Source of the DNA: an uncultured Candidatus Saccharibacteria bacterium
GTDB lineage: Bacteria; Patescibacteriota; Saccharimonadia; Saccharimonadales; CAIOMD01
Direction of reading: 5' to 3'
Length of the DNA stretch: 64,000 bases
Assembly (NCBI GenBank): GCA_964566135.1
Contig: CAZMHM010000003.1
Coordinates: forward strand, 15,856 to 79,855
Part shown: in pieces, positions 15,901 through 23,483 of the stretch
Position numbering within the stretch: position 1 is the stretch's first letter
How the letters are laid out: the number at the start of each line of letters is the position of its first letter
The notes under the pieces: model-generated
What the model saw: the letters and a program-made list of their open reading frames with translations, nothing else
Databases searched by the model: none
What the model was told of the DNA's origin: nothing
Made by a program: the position numbers and the translations under genes

Positions 15901-18900
15901 CTGGCTTGGTTGGTAGCGAGGGCACTGCTGGCCAGAACTGTACTGCCCTAAATGTAACTACAGGCTGGAGCTTTGTAAGCTGTACTATCACGACAACAAC
16001 GCATTCTGGTACGCCGTATATATATATAAAGCAAACCGATGCCGGCACGGCGCGAACATTCTATATTGATGGCGTAATTTTAGCTCCTGCTGCATTTGGC
16101 AATCTTGGATTTACCGAATCGCATCTATCATTACAAGACACCACATTGGCAATAAATACTACTACGGATACACAGGCAGCGTTAACAATTCAACAGCGCA
16201 TCAGCCAGGGTGGCCTATTGCTTAAGGGTAGCGGCGAAGTAAATATCTTCCAGCAACCACTGCTTGATGTGCAGTCTTCGAGCGGTAGCCCGTTACTACG
16301 AGTGTTAGATACTGTCAATACCGTTCGAGCAACTGGTGGTAGTAGCTTGTACCACAGCGCAGCCTTTACGTCAGTATCTGGTTCGGATGGGTTCCAGTCT
16401 TTGAATGTGTACGGTAACTCTGCAACGCAAACAGCAGATTTGCTGCGAGTACAAAAGAACGCAGGTGCAACCACCGGTTTAGTTGTAACTGCAGCTGGCC
16501 GCCTTGGTATTGGTACGCCGGTGGTGAATACCAATGATGTATCGACAGTGAATTATGATTTAGCATTCGGTCAAGGCGCTGATAGAACTATTGGCGTTGA
16601 AACACAATTAACCGCCGCTACTGCAGGAAACAATCTAACAATTAGTTCTGGCCAAGGCAATACAACCGGGGCAGGTGGAAATATAGCACTGCAAGCTGGT
16701 GGCAGCGGTACTGGTGCTACTGGTAATGGTGGTGGAATTACGCTTACCGCAGGTACTGCGTTGTCAACCGATGGTAACGGCGGTGATATAACGCTAGTTG
16801 CTGGTGCCAAATCCGGCACGGGTACAGGCGGAAAGATAGTGGTTAAACCTGGCACACTTGGCAATCGCATCGACTTCTTCCAATTCCAAAACCAAGGTGG
16901 GTTCCAAGTCGCAAACGTTGACACCCAAAACAACATCTTCAATTTCGGACAGGGTAGTCTCATAGACGGTAAAATTCGCTTCTACAATGCTAGCAGTGGC
17001 AACTTTGTAACAATGGATGCATCAACTGCAGCAGCAAGCTATGTACTACGTCTACCAACTACAGCTGGTGCTGCATCAGATTGTCTTAAGAACTCTGGTA
17101 CTGCTGGTGTGCTTACATTTGGTAGTTGTGCAGCAGCAAGCTCGTTGCAATCTGCATACGATGCTGATGTTGATGGTTCGGACACGGTTATTGCATTAAC
17201 AGCCGCTGACGACTCGCTTATTCTACGTAACCCTGCAGCCGGTGGCACTGATAGTACATATATATTAACGCTCGATCAATTAGCAACAACAGCAAAAGGT
17301 GGTTTAAGCGTACAAAGTGCTGGTACTGGCAACTTGTTGCTTGTTACAGACACTACTGCAACCGCACGTGATGTCCTAACTATTGCAGATGGCGGTGCTA
17401 CTACATTCAGAAATCAAACTAATACTGGGGCGGCATTCCAGGTGCAAAACGCTGCAGGCAGTAGCATTATCAATGTTGGAAGTTCCACTCCACAATTTAC
17501 CCTAAGTGATGGGGCGGTCGCAGGCGCTGGTAATTTAGTACTTACAACTAACGTTGCAAGTGGCGAAGATGCAGGAGATGTAATATTTAACAACAATGCC
17601 GGTACCCAAAAGGCTCGCATATGGTCATCTAGTGCAGCGGGAGTGAGCGGTCTATTCCTAAGCTCTGGTGATCTTACTGCAGATATTTCAATCGACAATT
17701 CGGGTAACACAACCATTGCATCAAACCTCACAGCGAATGGATCATCTCTCTTCAAGAATGGGGCCGATTCTACGACCGCCTTCCAAATCCAAAATGCAGC
17801 CGGCGCAAACATACTCAATGTAAATACCACTGCTGGTAACCTTCTTATTAACGGTGTAGTGCCAGCTACCTTTACGGGTAGTGTCGCTACAAGCCTTACG
17901 CCATTCGCAATCGAAAAAGTTGGCGACTTAATCTATGTAGTAGGTGCAGCTAACAACTTACAAATATTTGACGCTTCTAACCCCGCCTTAGTAACCCTTA
18001 AGACAACATTTGCCGTAACAGGTGCAAGTGCGCTTGAATCAGTTGTTGTACGTGGCAATTATGCATACATCTCGGACTTTACGGCCACTAAGTTCTTTAT
18101 TGTTGACATATCAAACACAAATGCGCCTGTACTTGTAAAAACTGTGACAACTGCCAGCAGTATTGTTGATCTTAATGTTTATGGTAACTATGCATATTTG
18201 TTTACCAACGCAAATACCATTGTTATATACGACATCACAAACCCAAATAACCCTGTTCTTAAAAGCACCACCGCCACTAGCATTACTACCTTTAGTGGTG
18301 CCAGCGGTATCGTGGTAAAGGGGAGCTACTTATATATATCAGGTACTAATGGCACTAATGGAAAGCTATACATATACGACATTAGCAATCCAAGCTTACC
18401 TGTGCTTAAGAATGGCGCTGGTGCCACAACCAACTCAACCTCTCCAGCCGGTATGAGTGTCGTTGGTAGCTATGCGTACATATATAACCGTACACTTACT
18501 GCATCACTTGAAATCTTTGACATATCTAATGCCACAACTACCGCTGCGCATGTTGGTACAGTAAATCTTACCGCAGGTGGCACAATTGCTGGCTGGGGTC
18601 CGTCTTCGGTGTCGGTACAAGGTAATAGAGCGTATGTAACTAATAACTCGGCAAACAGGCTCGAAATTATTGATATTTCGGCTGTTACAGCGCCTACAAT
18701 CAGCGGTTCCGTTTCTACAGATACTCGCCCGGCGGGAGTTAAAGTAGACGGTTTGTATGCCTATGTACTTACCTACACGAGTGCCACAATTAAGACTTAT
18801 AACATTGGTGGTGCATATGCTCAGACTCTCGAAGCCGGTAATCTCAACGTGACTGATTTGCAAGTAGGCAACAGCGCTACCTTTAATGCTAACGCCAGTA

Positions 18901-21506
18901 TCTTTGGAAGCTTAAATGTTGGTCAAAACCTGCAAGTCAATGAAGATTTGGGCGTGGCTGGCAATGCAAAGTTTCAGAATACTGCCAATAATACTAATGC
19001 GTTCAAGATACAAAATACAGCAGGCGCTAATCTGATTAATGTAGACACAATATCAAATAATAATAATCTAATCACTAACCCAAGCGCAGAAGTTGATACT
19101 TCTGGCTGGAATACAAATGCGCCGCGAACAGGCACTGCAATATCACGAACAACAACGGCAGCAAACGTGTATTACGGTGTTGGTGCAATTGATGCAAACG
19201 TAACAACTGGTTCTGTAAATTCTGGCGTAAACTATCCAATAACACTTACAGCGGGTGTTGCGTATAACGCTACTGTCATGATGAAGCTAACGACTAATGG
19301 TAACGTAACGTTTGGTTATGCGCATAACGGTACAGAAGGCACGTACCAAAACAATGCATGTTATGGTGGCAACGCTGGTACGGGATGGTATATTTGTAGC
19401 CTTACATTTACGCCAGCTACGGTTAGCGGCTCGCCGTACTTCTTTATCAAGCAAAACGATTCTGTGGTCCGTCATATCTACATTGATGGTTTATTTATCG
19501 CCCCTGTAGCGGGCTGGACGGGTGGCTATCAAGAAGGTCAAATAAATCTTGGTAATTCGGCCACTCCAGTTTATGTTGGTGGTTCACCCTCAAATCCAAT
19601 TGTAAATGGGATTGGTACTCTTTTTGTTCAGCAGGTACGCGATAAAGCAGGATTGCAGGTTCGTGGCACTCCAGAAAATGATTTGCTTAGACAGCCTATT
19701 TTAAACGTAGAAACAAGCGGACAATTCTCGCTCTTGAATGTCAACGAAGCACAGGCAGTAACGCAAATTCAGGGTGGTTCGGCATTTTGGGGTAGCGCCG
19801 CCTTAAGGGTCTTGAGTAATGATGCTGGTGCAACGGCACTACGAGTTATGGCTGCGCCGAGCCAAACAGGCAATGTATTTGAGGTAACGGACAATAGTGG
19901 CACTGATATGTTTACAGTAGGTTCCGCTGGCAGTACTCTTGTTAAGACATTAACTAATTCAACAACAGCTTTCCAAGTACAGAATTTGGGAGGTACCGCT
20001 GCCTTAACGGTTGATACTACCACTAATGACACTACTCTAAGTGGAGATCTAAGCATTGGTTCGGGGGGTACGCTCGGCCAAGTTATATTTAATAACGGAA
20101 CAGCCAACCTGCTCAGTTATCCAAACGTTGGTGTAGCTGCGCCTACATTCACAACTAGAAGTGCTGGCACTAAGATATTGCTCTATAACGGTTTAACCGG
20201 CAGCGCTACCGATTATGCAATTGGTATTGCAAATAACACGCTCTGGAATAGTGTACCAGCCTCTACGAATCAATTTGCCTGGTACGTAGGCACCACTGCG
20301 GTCGCAACACTAAATGGGTCCGGATGGTTTAATGTTGCTGGCACGGGTACTGCAAACGATGCACCGCTCCATATTCAAAATAGTGGAAACGCATGGACTA
20401 CTGCAACTTGGAAAAAATCTATTCGACTTGATGGTGGTGCGAACGCCATTGAATTTAGTGCAGGTACGGCAAATCCGACTGGTATTGGTGGAACTACAAA
20501 CGGTGTTTATATCTGGGAAGCTGCCGGTGAAACGGGTGCTTCTGGGCTTACCTATGTCATGCGCGCATCGTCTTCATTAGGGTTTTCTGCATATATTGCT
20601 AACGGAGCCGGTGCTACTGCGGTTTGTGCCTCTTCTACTGTAGCAGGTAACAGAACCTTCACTGCAGCTGCAACCGTATGTACTAACCCATCATCAATAC
20701 GACTAAAAGAAAACGTAACTGATATGTCTGATGCGCTAAATATTTTGGGCCAACTACGACCAGTTGCGTTTAACTGGAAGGCAAGCACTGGAATAACTGC
20801 AATTAATGGCGGCTCAGCCGATTATGGTTTCATTGCAGAAGAAGTAAATAATGTTATACCAGAACTAGTCTCTCGTGATGAAAATGGCCAAATACAAGGA
20901 CTCAACTATTCTGGCTTTGTGCCATTCCTAGCTCGTGCTATTCAGCAACAACAAGCAGAAATCACTGCGCTACAAGGTAACGCAGCCGGCATTACTGGTG
21001 GCGGTACTGTAAACGGTAATTTGGCAATCACTGGCAGTCTAAATGTCACCGGCCCAACAACGTTGGATGGCGGGCTAACCGTAAATGGCAATGCAGTCTT
21101 TAACGGAAACCTTACTGTGCAAAACATCCAAGTCGCTAATATCACTATCAATGGGCACATTATTACCGCTGGTAACGCACCAACCGCTGCAGTTGAAACT
21201 GCTGCTGGCATAGCTGATACCCAAAACAATATTGCTGCTCCAGTGGTAACAATAGATGGTAATGATACCGCTGGATCCATTACAATTGTTGCCGGTGCAA
21301 GTACTACAGCGGGTGACATGGCCAACGTGACTTTTACTACTACATTCGGTAAAGCGCCTCGCATTATCTTAACCCCAGTAGGTTCAGACAGCGCTAAGCT
21401 ACAAACCTACGTAAATGGTACCAGTGCTGCTGGCTTTAAACTTGGTACAAATGTTGCACCAGCCGCTGGCACAACGTACACGTATAACTACCAGATAATG
21501 CAATAA
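12966..21506 (+). CDS. Giant cell-surface fibre protein, paralog B (2,846 aa) with a phage-type S74 domain near the C-terminus
   Basis: GTG start conserved with gene C (MSRLFRTSP..). TM/signal-anchor VLFVVFALALFVATFAIY, then NSTLNFQARIL...WTETW...VTGVPYALAAG, an N-terminal domain shared with C and E. Also two GGxGG blocks, two CBM-like modules (15650-16090, 19070-19510), an LVIVD region, S74, and the shared C-terminal module. Confidence 0.93.
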   Translation: MSRLFRTSPILSRTHKTSDVTVVRVLFVVFALALFVATFAIYPYTRDAGTRTAKAATNSTLNFQARILTSGGAVVSDGSYNIRFKIYTGGTSGGPGGIGAANAGTLLWTETWQNSNSQGIVTKNGYISAALGSITAFSGINWDQELWVTMDVGGTSVGASPTYDGEMLQTGNKRMKVTGVPYALAAGTLQTTNGAGTLSSTLAINTPTVGNQTFQIPDQAAAGTYTICIQNATGCGFLKRGTADTSSGAAGAGYLYGFTNSSSALTGGVLQLDNGTNTGNTLYVASSGNPAAGKALIVANAATGVTGNLIDLQLNAVSKFSVNQAGNVIAAGTITSGAVNGLTLTSAADGFTIAGGTTSRTLTVTGASITIGSTITPTAAGALSVTSNGANALTLDSGGAANVNIGTGAASKTIQIGTTAVNTGNTQAIGIGNTAAAGTTNVTIGATTGATGGTTTIQSLGTLALGNSISPTVTLQSTVGGTINLGTATTTGTISLGGTSTSGTITLGQSSGVNNTINIGANIANTFTQTINIGTSATGTTNTTIGSATAGTTILQGTTRLSALTTNGFVKTTGANGTLAVSTTVALGSEVSGILGAANGGTGNGFTAFSGPTTATKTFALPDVSTTICTTNSVCAGYAPSATNGYVQLAPASIQADSTTNTSIFLNKTGASGSLLDLRNNNTSIFSLGYSGALTVLPVQPAALAANGTSQGTTVNFNGGIGGNTTGTTGQTAGQGGNLFFSGGNGGTAGVGSTNGRGGDITLQGGTAGAGAGGANFSGNVLLQPNTGFSVGVGTPTPANQFSVNALTTADANYRVAISTRATTDKGLLVQGILNQSGDLFQAQTSTGATLASIGATGATAFKNSVDSSSAFQIQTAAGVNAVNLNNTYDTNNLFSANPSFEVNTNGWAAEAAGGSIARTTTAGQFYYGDAGGVVTTTTTAGTGVRYNLTLTDATVYNLTIPIKGATAFSTLQIGYASTGLVGSEGTAGQNCTALNVTTGWSFVSCTITTTTHSGTPYIYIKQTDAGTARTFYIDGVILAPAAFGNLGFTESHLSLQDTTLAINTTTDTQAALTIQQRISQGGLLLKGSGEVNIFQQPLLDVQSSSGSPLLRVLDTVNTVRATGGSSLYHSAAFTSVSGSDGFQSLNVYGNSATQTADLLRVQKNAGATTGLVVTAAGRLGIGTPVVNTNDVSTVNYDLAFGQGADRTIGVETQLTAATAGNNLTISSGQGNTTGAGGNIALQAGGSGTGATGNGGGITLTAGTALSTDGNGGDITLVAGAKSGTGTGGKIVVKPGTLGNRIDFFQFQNQGGFQVANVDTQNNIFNFGQGSLIDGKIRFYNASSGNFVTMDASTAAASYVLRLPTTAGAASDCLKNSGTAGVLTFGSCAAASSLQSAYDADVDGSDTVIALTAADDSLILRNPAAGGTDSTYILTLDQLATTAKGGLSVQSAGTGNLLLVTDTTATARDVLTIADGGATTFRNQTNTGAAFQVQNAAGSSIINVGSSTPQFTLSDGAVAGAGNLVLTTNVASGEDAGDVIFNNNAGTQKARIWSSSAAGVSGLFLSSGDLTADISIDNSGNTTIASNLTANGSSLFKNGADSTTAFQIQNAAGANILNVNTTAGNLLINGVVPATFTGSVATSLTPFAIEKVGDLIYVVGAANNLQIFDASNPALVTLKTTFAVTGASALESVVVRGNYAYISDFTATKFFIVDISNTNAPVLVKTVTTASSIVDLNVYGNYAYLFTNANTIVIYDITNPNNPVLKSTTATSITTFSGASGIVVKGSYLYISGTNGTNGKLYIYDISNPSLPVLKNGAGATTNSTSPAGMSVVGSYAYIYNRTLTASLEIFDISNATTTAAHVGTVNLTAGGTIAGWGPSSVSVQGNRAYVTNNSANRLEIIDISAVTAPTISGSVSTDTRPAGVKVDGLYAYVLTYTSATIKTYNIGGAYAQTLEAGNLNVTDLQVGNSATFNANASIFGSLNVGQNLQVNEDLGVAGNAKFQNTANNTNAFKIQNTAGANLINVDTISNNNNLITNPSAEVDTSGWNTNAPRTGTAISRTTTAANVYYGVGAIDANVTTGSVNSGVNYPITLTAGVAYNATVMMKLTTNGNVTFGYAHNGTEGTYQNNACYGGNAGTGWYICSLTFTPATVSGSPYFFIKQNDSVVRHIYIDGLFIAPVAGWTGGYQEGQINLGNSATPVYVGGSPSNPIVNGIGTLFVQQVRDKAGLQVRGTPENDLLRQPILNVETSGQFSLLNVNEAQAVTQIQGGSAFWGSAALRVLSNDAGATALRVMAAPSQTGNVFEVTDNSGTDMFTVGSAGSTLVKTLTNSTTAFQVQNLGGTAALTVDTTTNDTTLSGDLSIGSGGTLGQVIFNNGTANLLSYPNVGVAAPTFTTRSAGTKILLYNGLTGSATDYAIGIANNTLWNSVPASTNQFAWYVGTTAVATLNGSGWFNVAGTGTANDAPLHIQNSGNAWTTATWKKSIRLDGGANAIEFSAGTANPTGIGGTTNGVYIWEAAGETGASGLTYVMRASSSLGFSAYIANGAGATAVCASSTVAGNRTFTAAATVCTNPSSIRLKENVTDMSDALNILGQLRPVAFNWKASTGITAINGGSADYGFIAEEVNNVIPELVSRDENGQIQGLNYSGFVPFLARAIQQQQAEITALQGNAAGITGGGTVNGNLAITGSLNVTGPTTLDGGLTVNGNAVFNGNLTVQNIQVANITINGHIITAGNAPTAAVETAAGIADTQNNIAAPVVTIDGNDTAGSITIVAGASTTAGDMANVTFTTTFGKAPRIILTPVGSDSAKLQTYVNGTSAAGFKLGTNVAPAAGTTYTYNYQIMQ
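17900..18830 (+). other. LVIVD-type beta-propeller region of paralog B (approximate bounds)
   Basis: NYAYISDFTATKFFIVDISNTNAPVLV, NYAYLFTNANTIVIYDITNPNNPVLKS, SYAYIYNRTLTASLEIFDISNATT, RAYVTNNSANRLEIIDISAVTAPTISG, ending YNIGGAYAQT exactly as A ends YNIGGAYIQA. Confidence 0.55.
20688..20975 (+). other. Peptidase S74-type intramolecular chaperone / autoprocessing domain (tailspike-endosialidase type) inside B
   Basis: PSSIRLKENVTDMSDALNILGQLRPVAFNWK...ADYGFIAEEVNNVIPELVSRDENGQIQGLNYSGFVPFLARAIQQQQAEITALQ. The Ser-x4-Lys dyad spacing (S-S-I-R-L-K), the GxIA[QE]EV..xxPxxV block and the terminal helical segment match the family pattern known from phage tail spikes and fibres. Confidence 0.75.
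20970..21503 (+). other. C-terminal module of B, homologous to 11124-11651 of A, lying downstream of the S74 domain
   Basis: Colinear alignment with the C-terminus of A (see feature 11124-11651). Confidence 0.7.
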
Positions 21507-21513
21507 CCTTGTT

Positions 21514-21964
21514 ATTACTTTTGCTGACAAAAGTAATGCAAAATCACTGGGCGCAAATCAAAAAGACTCTTAGCTGATAGTAATAATCACAAAGCGCAAA
21601 AAGAACTCGCTATGCTCGGCTTCGCCAAATTCTAGCGGAAGGCTCAGCTGGCTTTTTGCCTTGGCTTTGATGATTCTTACATCATCTAAATCAGTATTTG
21701 ATTTGATGCCCAGACCCTAAGAATAAAATATACCGTGATTAACGGGGTCCGGGGCATCGGCTTGCTATAGGGTAGATTTACGTCATAAGTAGCAGAGTAA
21801 TTACCGAGGACTCGTCCCAACGCTTCTTGGATATGTTTCGTTGGGACCGACCGTAGGGAGTTCCGCAGGTACTGCTAGTTATATGTAAAGATACACCTGC
21901 TAGCAAACGCAACCCCGGCAGTTTACCCAACTTTGCTGTCCAAAGTTGGAAAAGTGCGTTTGCT
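21514..21964 (+). repeat. Structured intergenic repeat family, copy 2 (candidate structured ncRNA or non-autonomous mobile element)
   Basis: Hairpin 21514-21537 (ATTACTTTTG-ctga-CAAAAGTAAT) starts 8 nt after the stop of B. Long inverted repeat 21547-21713. A multi-helix 3' module runs to ~21964, with stems GTCCCAACG/CGTTGGGAC, CCAACTTTG/CAAAGTTGG, AGCAAACGCA/TGCGTTTGCT and CCGGGG/CCCCGG. About 450 nt align with copy 3. Confidence 0.7.
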
Positions 21965-21984
21965 GTATATATTAAGATATCTAT

Positions 21985-22452
21985 CTAAGCGACGACGCGA
22001 CGGGTGACACGGCAGAGTGGCGAATGTGGCACACTCCACGTTGTGGTGCAATTAAAACACTGATATAAACCATCTGCGCGCTGCAAACTAACCACGCTAC
22101 AGTTAGGGCATTTGGCACGTTTGTGCAGCCAATCGCGGTACGTGTCTAAGCAGTCTTGGATGTGCTCACCGTCAATATCAACGTTGTATTTCTTACCTAA
22201 GCGTTTTGCATGTTGCCATGCGGTTGATTCTAATTTTAGTAGCTCAAAATCATTTGCGTAGTGCACATGGCCAAGCGCAGCATGCGAAACTTCGTGTAAG
22301 AGCGCCCATACACCATGCTCAGCAATGTCTTGGTGGGTCGTATAGGTAATCTTGCTTTCGCGCGGTGACCAGTAAAACGAATCACCGTTTTTAAAGGTAA
22401 TAGCAGGGAAGTCTTTTTTAAGAGTCGGTAAAATATTACTGATGCTGTTCAT
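21985..22452 (-). CDS. Putative zinc metallopeptidase-like protein (HExxH) with a C-terminal zinc-ribbon
   Basis: 155 aa. Contains LLHEVSHAALGH (HExxH plus downstream H) and CPNC..x15..CFNC. Its start overlaps the stop of the upstream ROK kinase gene by 17 nt (operon-like). Confidence 0.7.
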   Translation of the reverse strand: MNSISNILPTLKKDFPAITFKNGDSFYWSPRESKITYTTHQDIAEHGVWALLHEVSHAALGHVHYANDFELLKLESTAWQHAKRLGKKYNVDIDGEHIQDCLDTYRDWLHKRAKCPNCSVVSLQRADGLYQCFNCTTTWSVPHSPLCRVTRRVVA

Positions 22453-23251
22453 GCTGGTTGGCTAAAATTACACAGCCAAATACTACTGCCTGCTCGGCTT
22501 CTTGGGCGGGTACAATAGGTGGCTTATCAATTAACGGTGGCGTCATGGCATCGATATGATGCTTCAAAAACGTACCGTATTTTGCAAAATGGGTGCCCAC
22601 ACCACCACCAATAACTATTACATCCGGTTCTAAAACTGCTGTTAAATCAACAATACCAAGTGCGAAGTTTTTCGAAATTGCATCCCATGCTTTTGGATCA
22701 TCAAGGTCAGAAGCACGCTTGCCATACTTAGCAACAATAGCTTTACCACTGGCATATTTTTCCCACATCTCGAGCTTGCCATCATGCTCAAACAACATGT
22801 TGCCACCTTCGCTATCTAAGAAGTCTGGGTCCAAATAGCCATCTGTTACTAGGCCAGTACCAATACCGGTACTAAAGGTTATATAGAGCACGCGGTGGGG
22901 CAGTGGCTTAATACGGTGCGCCTCTGATAATCCAGCTAAATTTGCATCGTTTTCAATCAGTACTTTTGTGCCAGTTAACTTCGCCACATCATGCTGTAAT
23001 GGCACGTTTTTCCAGGGCAAGTTACCAAAGCCAATCACGGTACCGGTTTTGCGGTCAATCTTGCCAGGGGCAGCCATGGCCGTAATGGTGCGATCTTTTG
23101 CTGGAATAGCATTAATCGCCAACCCTAGCTCTTTTATAAAATCTTTGTAGTTTTTTGGGGTTTCAAATCGCTGTTCACTAACGACAGTGCCGTCAGATTT
23201 GCAAAGTGCCACGAGTGTTTTGGTCCCCCCAATGTCTATGGCAATAATCAT
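22436..23251 (-). CDS. ROK-family sugar kinase (glucokinase-like)
   Basis: N-terminal MIIAIDIGGTKTLVAL ATP-binding motif, ENDANLAGLSEA, and GGGVG near the C-terminus; 271 aa. Confidence 0.85.
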   Translation of the reverse strand: MIIAIDIGGTKTLVALCKSDGTVVSEQRFETPKNYKDFIKELGLAINAIPAKDRTITAMAAPGKIDRKTGTVIGFGNLPWKNVPLQHDVAKLTGTKVLIENDANLAGLSEAHRIKPLPHRVLYITFSTGIGTGLVTDGYLDPDFLDSEGGNMLFEHDGKLEMWEKYASGKAIVAKYGKRASDLDDPKAWDAISKNFALGIVDLTAVLEPDVIVIGGGVGTHFAKYGTFLKHHIDAMTPPLIDKPPIVPAQEAEQAVVFGCVILANQHEQHQ

Positions 23252-23335
23252 CGCTAAAAGTGTACCACTTTTTAGAACCGCGGCGCTAGATTTGGTGTAC
23301 TAGGCGGACATTTTATGGTGCCAAATGCCCCTCTG

Positions 23336-23364
23336 TTGCAACAGATACGCCAGTAGCGTATAAT
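23336..23364 (+). promoter_or_regulatory. Putative promoter of rpsA
   Basis: TTGCAA - 17 nt - TATAAT, about 120 nt upstream of the rpsA ATG. The leader contains the stem CTCATGC...GCATGAG. Confidence 0.65.
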
Positions 23365-23483
23365 AAGAAGCAATCTGAAAGTTAAGCTGCGTGCACACAG
23401 ACTCATGCCCTCGTCCGGGGTAGTATAGTCATCGTGCATGAGCTCGCTTTAAGAAATACAATTTAAAGGAGTGATTTAATCAC

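Noticed and set aside
21804-21820. RNase P RNA (CGAGGACTCGTCC resembles the GAGGAAAGUCC P4 strand), or tmRNA, SRP RNA or a tRNA-like identity for the 3' module of the structured repeat.
   Set aside because: The universally conserved AAAG of P4 is absent and no matching 3' P4 strand (ACAGAA..) is present. There is no tmRNA tag-ORF or TpsiC end and no SRP GGAA/AGCA loops. Three copies would also be odd for these single-copy RNAs.
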